Shown: positions 38,225 to 48,328 of the stretch, piece by piece
How positions within the stretch are numbered: the stretch's first letter is position 1
Layout: each line of letters starts with the position of its first letter
Assembly: GCA_965215185.1 (NCBI GenBank)
Contig: OZ244034.1
Location: forward strand, 3,008,001 to 3,072,000
Length of the DNA stretch: 64,000 nt
Reading direction: 5' to 3'
From: Acidimicrobiia bacterium
Lineage (GTDB): Bacteria > Actinomycetota > Acidimicrobiia > Spongiisociales > ZC4RG35
Made by a program: the position numbers and the translations under genes
The notes under the pieces: generated by a model
What the model saw: only the letters and a program-made list of their open reading frames with translations
Told to the model about the DNA's origin: nothing
Database searches by the model: none

Positions 38225-39136
38225 GTGAACGAGAGGCCGCTCGTCGAGGGGCGGTGGGTAGTCCGGGCTCTCAGGATGATCCCGAAACTGGATTGGATCC
38301 TGCTTGCGGCAGGTATATGGATGACCCTTGTGTTGGTGGCCACCTTGGTCGGCGAGTGGATCGCGCCGTACGACCATGCACAACAGAGCATTATGGTACG
38401 AAACCTCCCTCCAGGATCGCCGGATGGCCAGGGAGGTACCCACGTATTGGGAACGGATCTGCTGGGTCGTGATCTCTTGAGTCGGATAATCGCGGGAGCG
38501 AGGGTTTCTATGGTGGTCGGGATCCTCGGCGTTGGGACGGCGGCCTTCGTGGGTACCCTACTGGGAACCTTGGCAGGCTACGCACGAGGGCGAACCGAGG
38601 CAATTGTCATGCGTATTGTGGACATACAGATGGCAATTCCCTTTCTCTTATTGGCGCTCGTATTCCTTTTTCTGTTCGGGCGTAGTTTTCTCAATGTGGT
38701 GGGGATCCTGGCTCTGTTGAGATGGCCGGTATTCGCCAGGACGGCGAGAAGTCTTGCCCTGAACCTGAGGACCACGGAATTCGTGGAGGCTGCAGGAATG
38801 CTTGGCTACTCGCACGCGCGAATCCTCGCAAAGCATATGTGGCCGAATATGGCGTCACCTCTCATTGTGCTCGCAACGCTGGAGATGGCCCGCCTGATCA
38901 TCGCAGAGGCGACGCTCAGCTTCCTCGGGATGGGGGTGCAGCCTCCGCACACGTCTTGGGGTCGGATGATTGCACAAGGCCGTAACAACATCTCATCGGC
39001 ATCGTGGAACGTTGTGTATCCGGGTCTGGCGATCTTGTTCACCGCCGGGAGTACCAACATGCTGGCGAACTGGCTAAGAGAGATCACCGATCCGCTGAGA
39101 AAGCGGAGCCGTCAGGACTCACGGCGCGGCAATTAG
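38225..39136 (+). CDS. ABC permease, DppC-like
   Basis: LGTDLLGRD, FVEAA, EATLSFLGMG. Confidence 0.93.
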   Translation: MNERPLVEGRWVVRALRMIPKLDWILLAAGIWMTLVLVATLVGEWIAPYDHAQQSIMVRNLPPGSPDGQGGTHVLGTDLLGRDLLSRIIAGARVSMVVGILGVGTAAFVGTLLGTLAGYARGRTEAIVMRIVDIQMAIPFLLLALVFLFLFGRSFLNVVGILALLRWPVFARTARSLALNLRTTEFVEAAGMLGYSHARILAKHMWPNMASPLIVLATLEMARLIIAEATLSFLGMGVQPPHTSWGRMIAQGRNNISSASWNVVYPGLAILFTAGSTNMLANWLREITDPLRKRSRQDSRRGN

Positions 39137-39137
39137 T

Positions 39138-40211
39138 GTGAAGCGAATGCGAGCAGGAGACCAGGGCACCGGAGGGGCAGGCGGCGCGGCATCGAGAGGC
39201 GAGTTGCAGGCGCGTGAGCGGGCTACTGGATCTGCAACGGTGGAGATTCGAGACCTGACCGTTTTCTACCGCACCGGTCGGGAAAGGGTGTTAGCCGTCG
39301 ATTCGGTGAATCTCGATCTCGTGCAAGGCGAGACATTGGCCCTGGTCGGCGAGTCGGGCTGCGGAAAGACCACGCTCGCAGCCACCATTGCCGGCGCGCT
39401 GCCGGAGACGACGGCGGAGGTGAGCGTCGGCATGTTTCGCATGGCCGGTATCGATTTCGGTGCAGATACGGGTCTGAGCCATCCGATGCGGCGGGATGCA
39501 CGAATCGCGCTCATCTCGCAGGATGCAATGGGGTCGCTCGATCCGTGCTTCTCGATAGGGACCCAACTGTCCGAGACCTATAGGTTGTGGCACGACGTGA
39601 CGAGGCGCGAAGCTCGATCCCGAGCTGTGGAGTACCTCGACTACGTCGGCCTTCCGGATGGCCCGCGGCTCCGGAAACATTTCCCGCATCAGTTGTCGGG
39701 AGGTATGCGACAGAGAGTGGCCATTGCGCTGTCTCTGATGATGGACCCGACGGTACTGGTAGCCGACGAGGCGACCACTGCCCTGGATGTGACGATTCAG
39801 TCCGAGATCGTTGATCTGCTCCTGTCGATTCAGGAGGAAACGGGAATGGCGATTCTCTTCATCACTCACGATCTCGCGCTGGCGGGCGAGGTGGCGGACC
39901 GAATAGCGGTCATGTACGCGGCCCGCATCGTCGAGCGTGGTACCGCTGACGAGGTCATGCACGAGAAGGCACACCCCTACACCCGCGCTCTGATGGGTCT
40001 GATACCGAGAGGTCCGGTCGACTCACATCCGCTGACGTCTATTCCCGGCGCTCCTCCACTGCTGACGGATCGCTCGGACAAGTGCCGGTTCGTAGAGCGA
40101 TGCGCAATGGCGATGGACATATGCCGGAGCCGGCAGCCGGGCCCCACTCGTTTGTCCGACGGGCAGATCGTGGAGTGCCATCTCTACGGCGAAAATGAGA
40201 GCGCAGGATAG
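39138..40211 (+). CDS. ABC ATPase, DppD-like
   Basis: GESGCGKT, LSGGMRQR, ADEATTALD, HPYT. Confidence 0.93.
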   Translation: MKRMRAGDQGTGGAGGAASRGELQARERATGSATVEIRDLTVFYRTGRERVLAVDSVNLDLVQGETLALVGESGCGKTTLAATIAGALPETTAEVSVGMFRMAGIDFGADTGLSHPMRRDARIALISQDAMGSLDPCFSIGTQLSETYRLWHDVTRREARSRAVEYLDYVGLPDGPRLRKHFPHQLSGGMRQRVAIALSLMMDPTVLVADEATTALDVTIQSEIVDLLLSIQEETGMAILFITHDLALAGEVADRIAVMYAARIVERGTADEVMHEKAHPYTRALMGLIPRGPVDSHPLTSIPGAPPLLTDRSDKCRFVERCAMAMDICRSRQPGPTRLSDGQIVECHLYGENESAG

Positions 40212-41271
40212 GCAGTTGGTGATGGCCCAGACCTCGCGATCGCCGATTCTTCAAGTGCGGAGCGCAAGCAAGGCCTTTGCGGCGCGTGGGAAGGGAGGGC
40301 GTCGCGTACTACAAAAGGCTGTTGATGGAGCTTCCGTCACGTTGGACGAAGGCAACACCCTGGGCATAGTCGGTGAATCGGGATCGGGCAAGACGACGCT
40401 CGGAAGGATGATCGCCGGTTTGGAGAGGCCGGACGAGGGGGAAATCCTCATTGGCGGTGAGCGGGTCGAGAACCTGGCGCAGAAGCGGAACAGTCGCGTG
40501 CTCAGCACGCTCGTGCAGATGATCTTTCAGGATTCGTCTTCGGCCCTCAACCCCAGGATGACCGTGGGGGCAATTCTCCAAGAGGTGCTCTACGTCCATC
40601 ACGGTCGGGTAGGCGTCGGGCGGCGTCGGGACGGCGTGGGTGAGCTCCTCGACAAGGTGGGGTTGCCCGAGGGAATCATCGAGAGGTACGCGTGGGAGCT
40701 GTCGGGAGGCCAACTACAACGTGTGTGCATTGCGAGGGCCTTGGCGGTCAATGCCAAGATCCTGGTCTGCGATGAGCCGGTATCGGCATTGGACGTATCC
40801 ATACAGGCCCAGGTCCTCAACTTGCTCGTGTCTCTTCAGGCAGAGACGGGGATGGCGCTCGTGTTCATCAGCCATGACATTGGCGTGATTCAGTATGTGA
40901 GTCAACGGATAGCGGTGATGTATGCAGGGAGAATCATCGAGGAAGGCCCGACCGTGGAAGTCGTGCGGCGTCCGGTACATCCCTACACGCAAGTTCTACT
41001 GAGAGCCGTGCCGAAGGGTCTGGAGGGGCGGCGACCCAGGGCGATGCGCTCCGGAATGAAGATCCAACGCATGATTGCGGGAACGACCGCCGACTGGTCG
41101 GGTTGCGCTTACCGCGGGAGATGCGATCGCGCGACAGAGATATGTGCACAGGAAGTGCCGCCCTGGGTTTCCGTGAATAATGGGAGGCGTGCATTCTGTC
41201 ATCATCCCGGAGAGGCCCGTCGCCCACGGCTTCCTCTCGGCGAACAAGAGGACACCCGAGGGCAGGGGTAG
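40195..41271 (+). CDS. ABC ATPase, DppF-like
   Basis: GESGSGKT, LSGGQLQR, CDEPVSALD. Confidence 0.93.
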   Translation: MRAQDRQLVMAQTSRSPILQVRSASKAFAARGKGGRRVLQKAVDGASVTLDEGNTLGIVGESGSGKTTLGRMIAGLERPDEGEILIGGERVENLAQKRNSRVLSTLVQMIFQDSSSALNPRMTVGAILQEVLYVHHGRVGVGRRRDGVGELLDKVGLPEGIIERYAWELSGGQLQRVCIARALAVNAKILVCDEPVSALDVSIQAQVLNLLVSLQAETGMALVFISHDIGVIQYVSQRIAVMYAGRIIEEGPTVEVVRRPVHPYTQVLLRAVPKGLEGRRPRAMRSGMKIQRMIAGTTADWSGCAYRGRCDRATEICAQEVPPWVSVNNGRRAFCHHPGEARRPRLPLGEQEDTRGQG

Positions 41272-41388
41272 CGCCAAGCGTCAGAAGAGCGGCTAGGGCT
41301 CGCACCTATCTGCCGGCTGCTGTCGAGCGTCGGAGGGCTTGGGGGCCACTCGTCGAGACGGGATGGGCCGGCACGACCGGCAACGAGA

Positions 41389-42324
41389 CTAGAAGACGGC
41401 GAGGGGAGTCACAGGAGACCCTGTTCCGTACCGGATACGGAGCGGAGCTATCAAAAAGAGGAAGCTCCAACGTCCCCGATCGAGGCAGGCTGTTCTCAGC
41501 TCGCTGAAACTGCAAACGTCTACGAGACACAAGCCCATCGCGACGCTCCCGACCTCGTGGATGGGCTGCTCCACCGCTGCATACCCGGACGGAACGACAT
41601 CATTCGCGGCATCTGCGGCGACCACGGCCACTTGCCGGTCGCGCAGCCAGGGCAGGCAGGCTGCGTGGAGTCCGGGACGGAGCAGCGGCTCCGAGTGCGG
41701 TCCTTCGGCGATGCGCCGCTCCCACCATCCCGTACGCACCAGGAGCGCATCACCCTCCTCGACGCGCACACCCTGCGCTTTCTCCGCCTCCTCCAGCATC
41801 GACGGAAGGACGGCATCGCCGGCATCCAGCCAGTCCTTCCCCGCGAGTCCTGCGATGTCGAGCAGAACGCCCCGGGTGATGATCCCCTCGCGGAGAGCGT
41901 CTATCGACAACTCTGTGGCGCCTTGCTCGGTGGTGACGACGGCCGCGTCGCGCCCGTTGTAGATCCGTCCCCTCCAGATGGAATGGCTCAGCGCGTCGAT
42001 GTGGGTGACAACGTGGGAATGGAAGACCAGCCCCACAAAATCGACTGCTCCTGGCCTTTCCGGGTTGACGCTCTCGCCGCTGCGGATCATGAAATGTAGC
42101 GGCGGGTATGGCACATCCGGGGCGGCTCCCTGTCCTCCGATGAGCGTGGCGCAGGAGACAGCCATGCCTTCGCGGACGGATTGCAGAGCCGAAAGTCGTT
42201 TCTCAGGACTGATGAAGTTCAACGTGCCGCGCTCGTCGTCTCGCCCCCAGCGTCCCTCATTGCTCAATGTATCGAAGTAGTCGAGAACATCCGCTTCTGT
42301 GGGAATCGCTCGAGAGGTCGGCAT
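41389..42324 (-). CDS. Cyclase family protein (kynurenine-formamidase-like)
   Basis: GRWGRDDERGTLN, THIDALSH, RGVLLD, VRTGW, GTGSP. Confidence 0.9.
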   Translation of the reverse strand: MPTSRAIPTEADVLDYFDTLSNEGRWGRDDERGTLNFISPEKRLSALQSVREGMAVSCATLIGGQGAAPDVPYPPLHFMIRSGESVNPERPGAVDFVGLVFHSHVVTHIDALSHSIWRGRIYNGRDAAVVTTEQGATELSIDALREGIITRGVLLDIAGLAGKDWLDAGDAVLPSMLEEAEKAQGVRVEEGDALLVRTGWWERRIAEGPHSEPLLRPGLHAACLPWLRDRQVAVVAADAANDVVPSGYAAVEQPIHEVGSVAMGLCLVDVCSFSELRTACLDRGRWSFLFLIAPLRIRYGTGSPVTPLAVF

Positions 42325-42405
42325 GGGCTTCTTCGCAGACTGTTGGATTACTTGTGGCGTGCCAGAAGTGAATATAGTTGACTCTGTGCGGGGAGGGCGG
42401 CGGAG

Positions 42406-43218
42406 TTGGACAGCGATCTGCGAGGTAAGACAGCGCTTATCACCGGCGGTTCGACGGGGATCGGCCGGTCCATAGCGCTCGCGCTCGGCGCTGAAGGTGT
42501 CGCGTTGGCCGTGGCGAGTCGCAATCCCGACCAGGGAGCCATCGAAGAGATGAGAGGGCTCGGAGTCACCGCTCTCGCGATTCCCGCCGACCTCAGCACC
42601 GAGAAAGGCGCAATACACGCCGTACGGACGACCATCCGGTCACTTGGAAGGCTCGACTTGCTCGTCGTCAATGCCGCGACCGCCCATCATGAACCGGTGA
42701 CGAAGGTCACGACCTCGAATTGGGAATACACGCTTCGGACCAACTTGACGGGCGTGATGTGGCTATGCCGGAAAGCCGGCGCCGCCATGATCGAACGCGG
42801 TGCCGGCTCTGTGCTCGTCGTAGGGTCGACCGCCCAGTACTTTCGCGCTCCGGCGCAGTCGGCCTATCACGTGAGCAAGACCGCACTTGCCGCGTACGCT
42901 TCTGCGCTCGCCGTGGAGTTGGCGCCACACGGCATAAGGGTCAACATGCTGGTGCCCGGCAGTTTTCCCACCGCGCTCAACGCGCCGTTGCGAGAGAAGG
43001 ACGGTGAACGACTACTGGCCGATATCCCGTTGGGTCGGCAAGGCGAGCCCTCCGAGTGCGGACCGGCGGCGGTCTTTCTGCTCTCCGATAGGCTTGCCTC
43101 ATATGTCACGGGTGCCGAGCTGGCCGTAACCGGGGGCATGCACTTGAGACCCTTCGTACGGATCAGCCGCCGGGAGTTGAAGGCGTTGAACGAACCCGAC
43201 CTTGCCGAGGCCACATGA
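42406..43218 (+). CDS. SDR family oxidoreductase
   Basis: TGGSTGIG, YHVSK, IRVN. Confidence 0.92.
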   Translation: MDSDLRGKTALITGGSTGIGRSIALALGAEGVALAVASRNPDQGAIEEMRGLGVTALAIPADLSTEKGAIHAVRTTIRSLGRLDLLVVNAATAHHEPVTKVTTSNWEYTLRTNLTGVMWLCRKAGAAMIERGAGSVLVVGSTAQYFRAPAQSAYHVSKTALAAYASALAVELAPHGIRVNMLVPGSFPTALNAPLREKDGERLLADIPLGRQGEPSECGPAAVFLLSDRLASYVTGAELAVTGGMHLRPFVRISRRELKALNEPDLAEAT

Positions 43219-44348
43219 AAGAGACCAAAGACGGGCGCGAATTGACGGTCGCGATCGTTGGTGCCGGATTCATGGGTGATACCCATGCGTACGGGTATCG
43301 GCGGGTGCGTAGCCTGCGCGCCCCTCCGGTCGTCCTCCCCAACCTTCGCAAGGTCGTAGACATCGATGCGGAGGCGGCACGGTCGTTGGCGGCGCGGTGG
43401 GGTGTGCCGGAGTGGTCGACGGATTGGGAGGCGGTGGTTGCGGACGACGGGATCGATTTGGTGGATGTCTGTACTACCCCCGATGTCCATCGGGAGATCG
43501 GTGTGGCTGCTGCCGAGGCAGGTAAGAGCGTCTACTGCGAGAAACCGGTCGGTCGGAACGTCGGGGAGACTGCGGCTTTGGCGGCTGCGATTCGGGATGG
43601 TGGTGTTTTCGGTTACGTGGGTTTCACGTATCGGTGGACACCGGCGGTTGTGCTGGCCAGGAGCCTTATCGCGGGGGGACGGATCGGTGAGATCCGTGAG
43701 ATCCACTTCGGCTATCAGTCCTCGCCGTTCGCAGATGCCAACCGGCCCTGGTACTGGAAATTCGCAGAGGATGCCGGCGGTGGTGGGGCTTTGGCCGATC
43801 AGGGGTCGCATGCGTTCGATATGGCCCGGTTCCTGGTGGGGGAGGTGTCTCGTGTTTCGGGTTACACGCGGATAGCCGTGCGGCAGCGGCCGGATCCTGA
43901 TGCGGTGGCGCCTGGCGCCATGCTCGAGGTCGAGAACGACGACCAGTGGGCGGCGTTTGTGGAGTTCAGGAACGGGGCCTATGGGACTCTGCATGGAAGC
44001 CGGGTCGCTCACGGCACCGCGACCGAGTTCGGGTTCGAGGCCTACGGTGCGTTGGGGGCGCTTCGGTGGAACATTCAGAGGATGAACGAGTTGGAGATCT
44101 ACGAGACCTGCGATGATGCTCTGGACGGTTTTCGTACGGTCCGTATCGGTCCTGAGCATCCGATTCACGGCGACTACGTTCCCCGGCGGGGCCATTCGGT
44201 GGGTTTCAACGACTTGAAAGCGATTGAGATCGCTGGGTTGTTGACGGCGCTGGCTGAGGGGAGATCCCCGGAGCCGAGCATGGAGGATGCTCTCTCGGTT
44301 GCTCGGATCGTCGATGCTGTGCCACTGCGGCAATGGGTGGATCTGTAA
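43215..44348 (+). CDS. Gfo/Idh/MocA oxidoreductase, copy 2
   Basis: IVGAGFMG, CEKP; near-identical paralog of 33679..34812. Confidence 0.94.
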   Translation: MKETKDGRELTVAIVGAGFMGDTHAYGYRRVRSLRAPPVVLPNLRKVVDIDAEAARSLAARWGVPEWSTDWEAVVADDGIDLVDVCTTPDVHREIGVAAAEAGKSVYCEKPVGRNVGETAALAAAIRDGGVFGYVGFTYRWTPAVVLARSLIAGGRIGEIREIHFGYQSSPFADANRPWYWKFAEDAGGGGALADQGSHAFDMARFLVGEVSRVSGYTRIAVRQRPDPDAVAPGAMLEVENDDQWAAFVEFRNGAYGTLHGSRVAHGTATEFGFEAYGALGALRWNIQRMNELEIYETCDDALDGFRTVRIGPEHPIHGDYVPRRGHSVGFNDLKAIEIAGLLTALAEGRSPEPSMEDALSVARIVDAVPLRQWVDL

Positions 44349-44374
44349 ATGGACACCAGCTAGGGAGCGACGCT

Positions 44375-45064
44375 ATGACAAGGTTATCCTCGATGGTCGG
44401 TTCAATGGCGGGGCCGGTTTCCCCTGACGACTTGGCAACTTTCCAACGGGCCGGTGTGGCGACGACGGTCGAGTCCCTGGGGGTTCCGCAGGGCTATTAC
44501 CAGATGATGTCCCCGGAGATGGTTCGGCGCACTTCACAGCTGTGTATCGCGGGTCAGGCCGTCACCGTCGCGAATGGTCACAATGACAACCTGATGATGC
44601 ATGTCGCTCTTGAGGTCGCTGGATCGGGCCAGGTGCTCGTGATTACCGGAACCGGTCCGATGGGAGTCTCTTGGGGGGAGATGGTGACTGTGGGCGCTAT
44701 GGCGAAGGGGATCACCGGTGTGATCGTCGATGGTTCGGCGCGCGACGTGGACGGAATCAATCGTCTCGGTTTCCCGGTGTGGGCTACTTCGGTTCGGCCT
44801 TTCGGTGCCGGTAAGGAGGCTATTGGTAGTGTCAATAGGCCGGTGATGTGTGCGGGGGTCCACATGTCACCTGGCGATGTCGTGGTAGCTGATGGTGACG
44901 GGGTGGTGGTCGTGCCGTACGGGCAGGTCGCCGCTGTTGCAGCCGCCGCGTCGGTCCGCACCGAACGCGAGGTTGGTTTACGTTTGGCCGCCGAAGGCGG
45001 GGCCATGCCGGGGAGGGTCGCGGGACATCTCGACGGTATCGACTTCGATATCGGGAGCGGGTAG
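44375..45064 (+). CDS. RraA/HMG-CHA aldolase family protein
   Basis: GQAVTV, DNLMMH, WGEM, DGSARD, PGDVVVADGDGVV. Confidence 0.9.
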   Translation: MTRLSSMVGSMAGPVSPDDLATFQRAGVATTVESLGVPQGYYQMMSPEMVRRTSQLCIAGQAVTVANGHNDNLMMHVALEVAGSGQVLVITGTGPMGVSWGEMVTVGAMAKGITGVIVDGSARDVDGINRLGFPVWATSVRPFGAGKEAIGSVNRPVMCAGVHMSPGDVVVADGDGVVVVPYGQVAAVAAAASVRTEREVGLRLAAEGGAMPGRVAGHLDGIDFDIGSG

Positions 45065-45182
45065 CCACCAGGAGGTTTCTCCGGCTCTAATTGCGAGCCC
45101 TTTCTCGGGGGCGGCTGGGGTCGTTTCGGGCTATGGTTGATTCATCGGTTCGGGGATAAACATCCCGGACGAGGAGGATGCT

Positions 45183-46445
45183 ATGAAGAGGCAATCGCGT
45201 ATCCGAGCAGTCTTCGGGCTACTGATGGCTTTCGTATTGGTGGCCGCCGCTTGCGGCGCCGACGAAGAGCCCGCTACCACCACGGCGGCACCAGCCCCGG
45301 TAGTCACCGAGGCACCGATGACACCGCTCACGCTGCGTCTGGGACGCTTTCCGGGCGGAGCCGGGGCCGCTTTCGTCACCCAGTTCATGATCAATGAGGA
45401 TCTGGTTCAGGAAGCTGGCCACGAGTTCGGTTACGACCTCGACGTCGAGTGGCTGAACATGGCCAATGCAGTCGCCACTGCGCAGGCGCTGCTGTCCGGC
45501 GAACTGGACATAGGACCGATGGGAAGCGCAGCCTACATAGCGTTGGTCGTCGAGGAACAGGCGGTGACTCCCATCGCCGTCGCGGAGGGGAACTATAAGT
45601 TCGTCATTTCTGTCAGGGGTGACTCCGACATACGGAACCCGCAGGACCTCGTTGGCCGGAAGGTGGGAACCATCTTCGGTACCGGCCTGGTCGACGCACT
45701 CTCAGCGATGATCGAACCCATCTTTGGCACCGCTGATCCGGAAGAGGCCGGTATGGAGCTCGTCAACGTCGCCGGCGTTGCCGCGCTGGCCCAGGTTGCC
45801 GAAGGACTGGACGCCGCGATTGCAACCGTGCCTGCGTGGCTGGCCGCTCGAGAGGAGCTCGGCGTATCGGCCATCTACAACTCGTACGGATATACCGAGG
45901 ACCACTACGACGGACCTCTTGGAACTGGAGCAGGAATCCTGATTCCGGAAGCCGAGAACTCCCCCTTCTGGCCCGACGGGTTCGTCAGCCATCGCGCTAT
46001 CACCGTGGCTACCGACGACATCATCGCAGAGCACCCTGGTGCGGTTGCGGCCTACCTCCTTGCGACCCATCGGGCCATCGAGGAGCTCCAGGGACGCACT
46101 GCTGCCAACGTCGCGTCGCTTTCGGCGGCGGACTGGGGCCTCCAGCCGAAGACGGCTTCTCAGCTCGTCACGAACGAGATGCTCCTGCGGCGTGGTTGGG
46201 CGTGGCTTACCGAAGGGGAGGCCGACGTGATGACACTGCAGGGAGTCCTACTCCTTGCGGCAGGTGCGCTCTCGAGCGAGGCCGAATGGGATGCCATGGC
46301 AGCGAGTCTTGCCAAGGGCGGTGAGGTGGCCAAGATGGCCTATGACGCCGCCGGCGGTGTTCCCACGGCGGATGTGTTCGTGGAAGAAGGAATCGACAAA
46401 CGTGGCCTCCCCACTTGGGAGGCAGACAGTTGGACGGCGCCCTAG
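45183..46445 (+). CDS. ABC substrate-binding lipoprotein, NitT/TauT/SsuA type
   Basis: Lipobox AAAC, SGELDIG, DLVGRKVG; followed by TauC/TauB-like genes. Confidence 0.88.
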   Translation: MKRQSRIRAVFGLLMAFVLVAAACGADEEPATTTAAPAPVVTEAPMTPLTLRLGRFPGGAGAAFVTQFMINEDLVQEAGHEFGYDLDVEWLNMANAVATAQALLSGELDIGPMGSAAYIALVVEEQAVTPIAVAEGNYKFVISVRGDSDIRNPQDLVGRKVGTIFGTGLVDALSAMIEPIFGTADPEEAGMELVNVAGVAALAQVAEGLDAAIATVPAWLAAREELGVSAIYNSYGYTEDHYDGPLGTGAGILIPEAENSPFWPDGFVSHRAITVATDDIIAEHPGAVAAYLLATHRAIEELQGRTAANVASLSAADWGLQPKTASQLVTNEMLLRRGWAWLTEGEADVMTLQGVLLLAAGALSSEAEWDAMAASLAKGGEVAKMAYDAAGGVPTADVFVEEGIDKRGLPTWEADSWTAP

Positions 46446-46641
46446 GAGAAGTACTGAACAATGACGATTGCTGTCGGCCCGTCGCTCGCTGACCTGGCAC
46501 TTTGCTTTGACCGACGGGCCGCTGGCCGATTGCTCAGCACTCTTCTGGACGGGCTCGTTTCCTGAGCCCGGAGGGATCGACTGTGGTCGGCGGAGCAGAG
46601 ATCAGTCGGAGGTCGCAATCGCCAGATTACGGAGTGGCCCT

Positions 46642-47457
46642 TTGACCGCACTGCAGGCCAACCGGATCGACGGTCCTGGGAAACGCCGGTGGATCCGGCT
46701 TGGAGGCCGCGGAGTCCTTCGCTATGCGCGGTCGATCGGCGCGGTCGTGTTGATCTGGTACTACTTGGCGAACCGGATCGACAACCATGTCCTCCTCCCC
46801 ACCCCGGATCGAGTGGTCCGTAGCGTCTACCGCTTAGTGACCGGAGGCGGCCTACTCGAGGACTACACCATCAGCGTTCAGCGGCTGCTCATCAGCTACG
46901 CTGCCGCCGCCGCCGTTGCGATCATCCTCGGTGTCGCCATGGGCCTAAGTAGAGTCGTGAACGAGTTCTTCGATCCTGTCGTCGAGTTGCTCCGACCGAT
47001 ATCGGCGCTGGCCTGGATCCCGCTCCTGCTCGCCCTCATCGGTGTCTCGAAAACGCTTCCCTTCATCATCATCTTCTCCATCGCCCTATTCCCGTTCCTC
47101 TTGAACACTGTCGGCGGAATCCGTGGTGCCAATCCTGTGCTGATCAGAGCCGTGCGGACCATGGGCGTTGGGGGACTCACCATCGTTCGCCGGGTCGTCC
47201 TACCCGGCGCTCTGCCGTCCGTTCTAACCGGAGCGCGCATCGCGATGGGGAACGCGTGGATGGCGCTGATTGCATCTGAGCTCATCGGAGCTCCCGACGG
47301 ACTTGGATACAACATCATCTTCTTCGGCTCGACGTTGAGGACGGCAGACATGATCGCGGTGATCGTCATCATTGCCATCTCCGGCTACTTGACCGACCTG
47401 CTGCTTCGAATGTTGCAACGCCGCCTGACGCCCTGGAGACCCGCCGATGTCACGTGA
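46642..47457 (+). CDS. ABC permease, TauC/SsuC-like (start uncertain)
   Basis: LPTP, LRPISALAWIP, LPGALP, SELIG. Confidence 0.88.
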   Translation: MTALQANRIDGPGKRRWIRLGGRGVLRYARSIGAVVLIWYYLANRIDNHVLLPTPDRVVRSVYRLVTGGGLLEDYTISVQRLLISYAAAAAVAIILGVAMGLSRVVNEFFDPVVELLRPISALAWIPLLLALIGVSKTLPFIIIFSIALFPFLLNTVGGIRGANPVLIRAVRTMGVGGLTIVRRVVLPGALPSVLTGARIAMGNAWMALIASELIGAPDGLGYNIIFFGSTLRTADMIAVIVIIAISGYLTDLLLRMLQRRLTPWRPADVT

Positions 47458-48328
47458 CCGCTTCCTCAGGGTGGCTAGGACCCGACGAAACAGGTGGTGG
47501 CGGTACCGGCGCCCGGTGATGTCGCGTGACCGGCTCCTCACCGTCGCTCGGATGGTCGCGATTCCTGTCCTTATTGTGGTCGCATGGCAGATCTGGGGCA
47601 CCAGACTTCCGGAGAACAGCAATGTGCCTGTGCCGTCGGAGGTGGTCGAGGGGGCGATCTTTCTGATATCGTCCGGTGATCTCCAACTAGCCGTTTGGAT
47701 CAGCCTCCGGCGTGTGCTCTCAGGGTTCCTGATCGCTCTCGCGATCGGGGTTCCGGTCGGCCTGCTCATGGGGATGTTGCGCCCGGTCGAGCGTAACGCC
47801 GACCCGGTCGTTCACACGTTCCGGATGATCGCGCCCATCGCCCTGGTGCCTCTCGCGATCGTGTGGTTCGGGCCTCGCGGCACCGCCGCCATCTTCATCG
47901 TGGCCTACGGCGCGGTCTTCCCGATCATCCTCAATACCATCAACGGCGTCAAGGAGGTCGACCGGCTGCTTGTCAAGGCCTCCCGTACAATGGGACTCCG
48001 GACCCTCAAGATCCTCAGGAGAGTGATACTGCCCGGTGCCCTGCCGAGTGTCTACACAGGGGTCAGGATCGCCATGGGGATGGCGTGGGGAGCCATCATC
48101 GCTGCCGAGTTGACCGTGGGATTCAAGGCGTACCCATCGGCAGAAGGAGTAGGTCTCCGCAGCGGTGCCGGGGGTGGAATCGGCTTCATGATGTTCTTTC
48201 TCTACGACAACCGGGTCGCCACCGACCTCATCGTTGTCACGATCATCGCGGTCGGCGCTGTGGCCTTTGCCTCCGACCGTGTTCTCAGATACGTCGCACG
48301 AAAGGGAATGCCATGGGCTCGTCTATGA
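47447..48328 (+). CDS. ABC permease, TauC/SsuC-like (alternative start 47519)
   Basis: SLRRVLSGF, IAPIALVPL, LPGALP, AAEL. Confidence 0.9.
   Translation: MSRDRFLRVARTRRNRWWRYRRPVMSRDRLLTVARMVAIPVLIVVAWQIWGTRLPENSNVPVPSEVVEGAIFLISSGDLQLAVWISLRRVLSGFLIALAIGVPVGLLMGMLRPVERNADPVVHTFRMIAPIALVPLAIVWFGPRGTAAIFIVAYGAVFPIILNTINGVKEVDRLLVKASRTMGLRTLKILRRVILPGALPSVYTGVRIAMGMAWGAIIAAELTVGFKAYPSAEGVGLRSGAGGGIGFMMFFLYDNRVATDLIVVTIIAVGAVAFASDRVLRYVARKGMPWARL

Larger units (their letters stand above)
43215..45318 (+). repeat. Direct repeat copy 2
   Basis: Aligns with 33679-35450. Confidence 0.92.
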
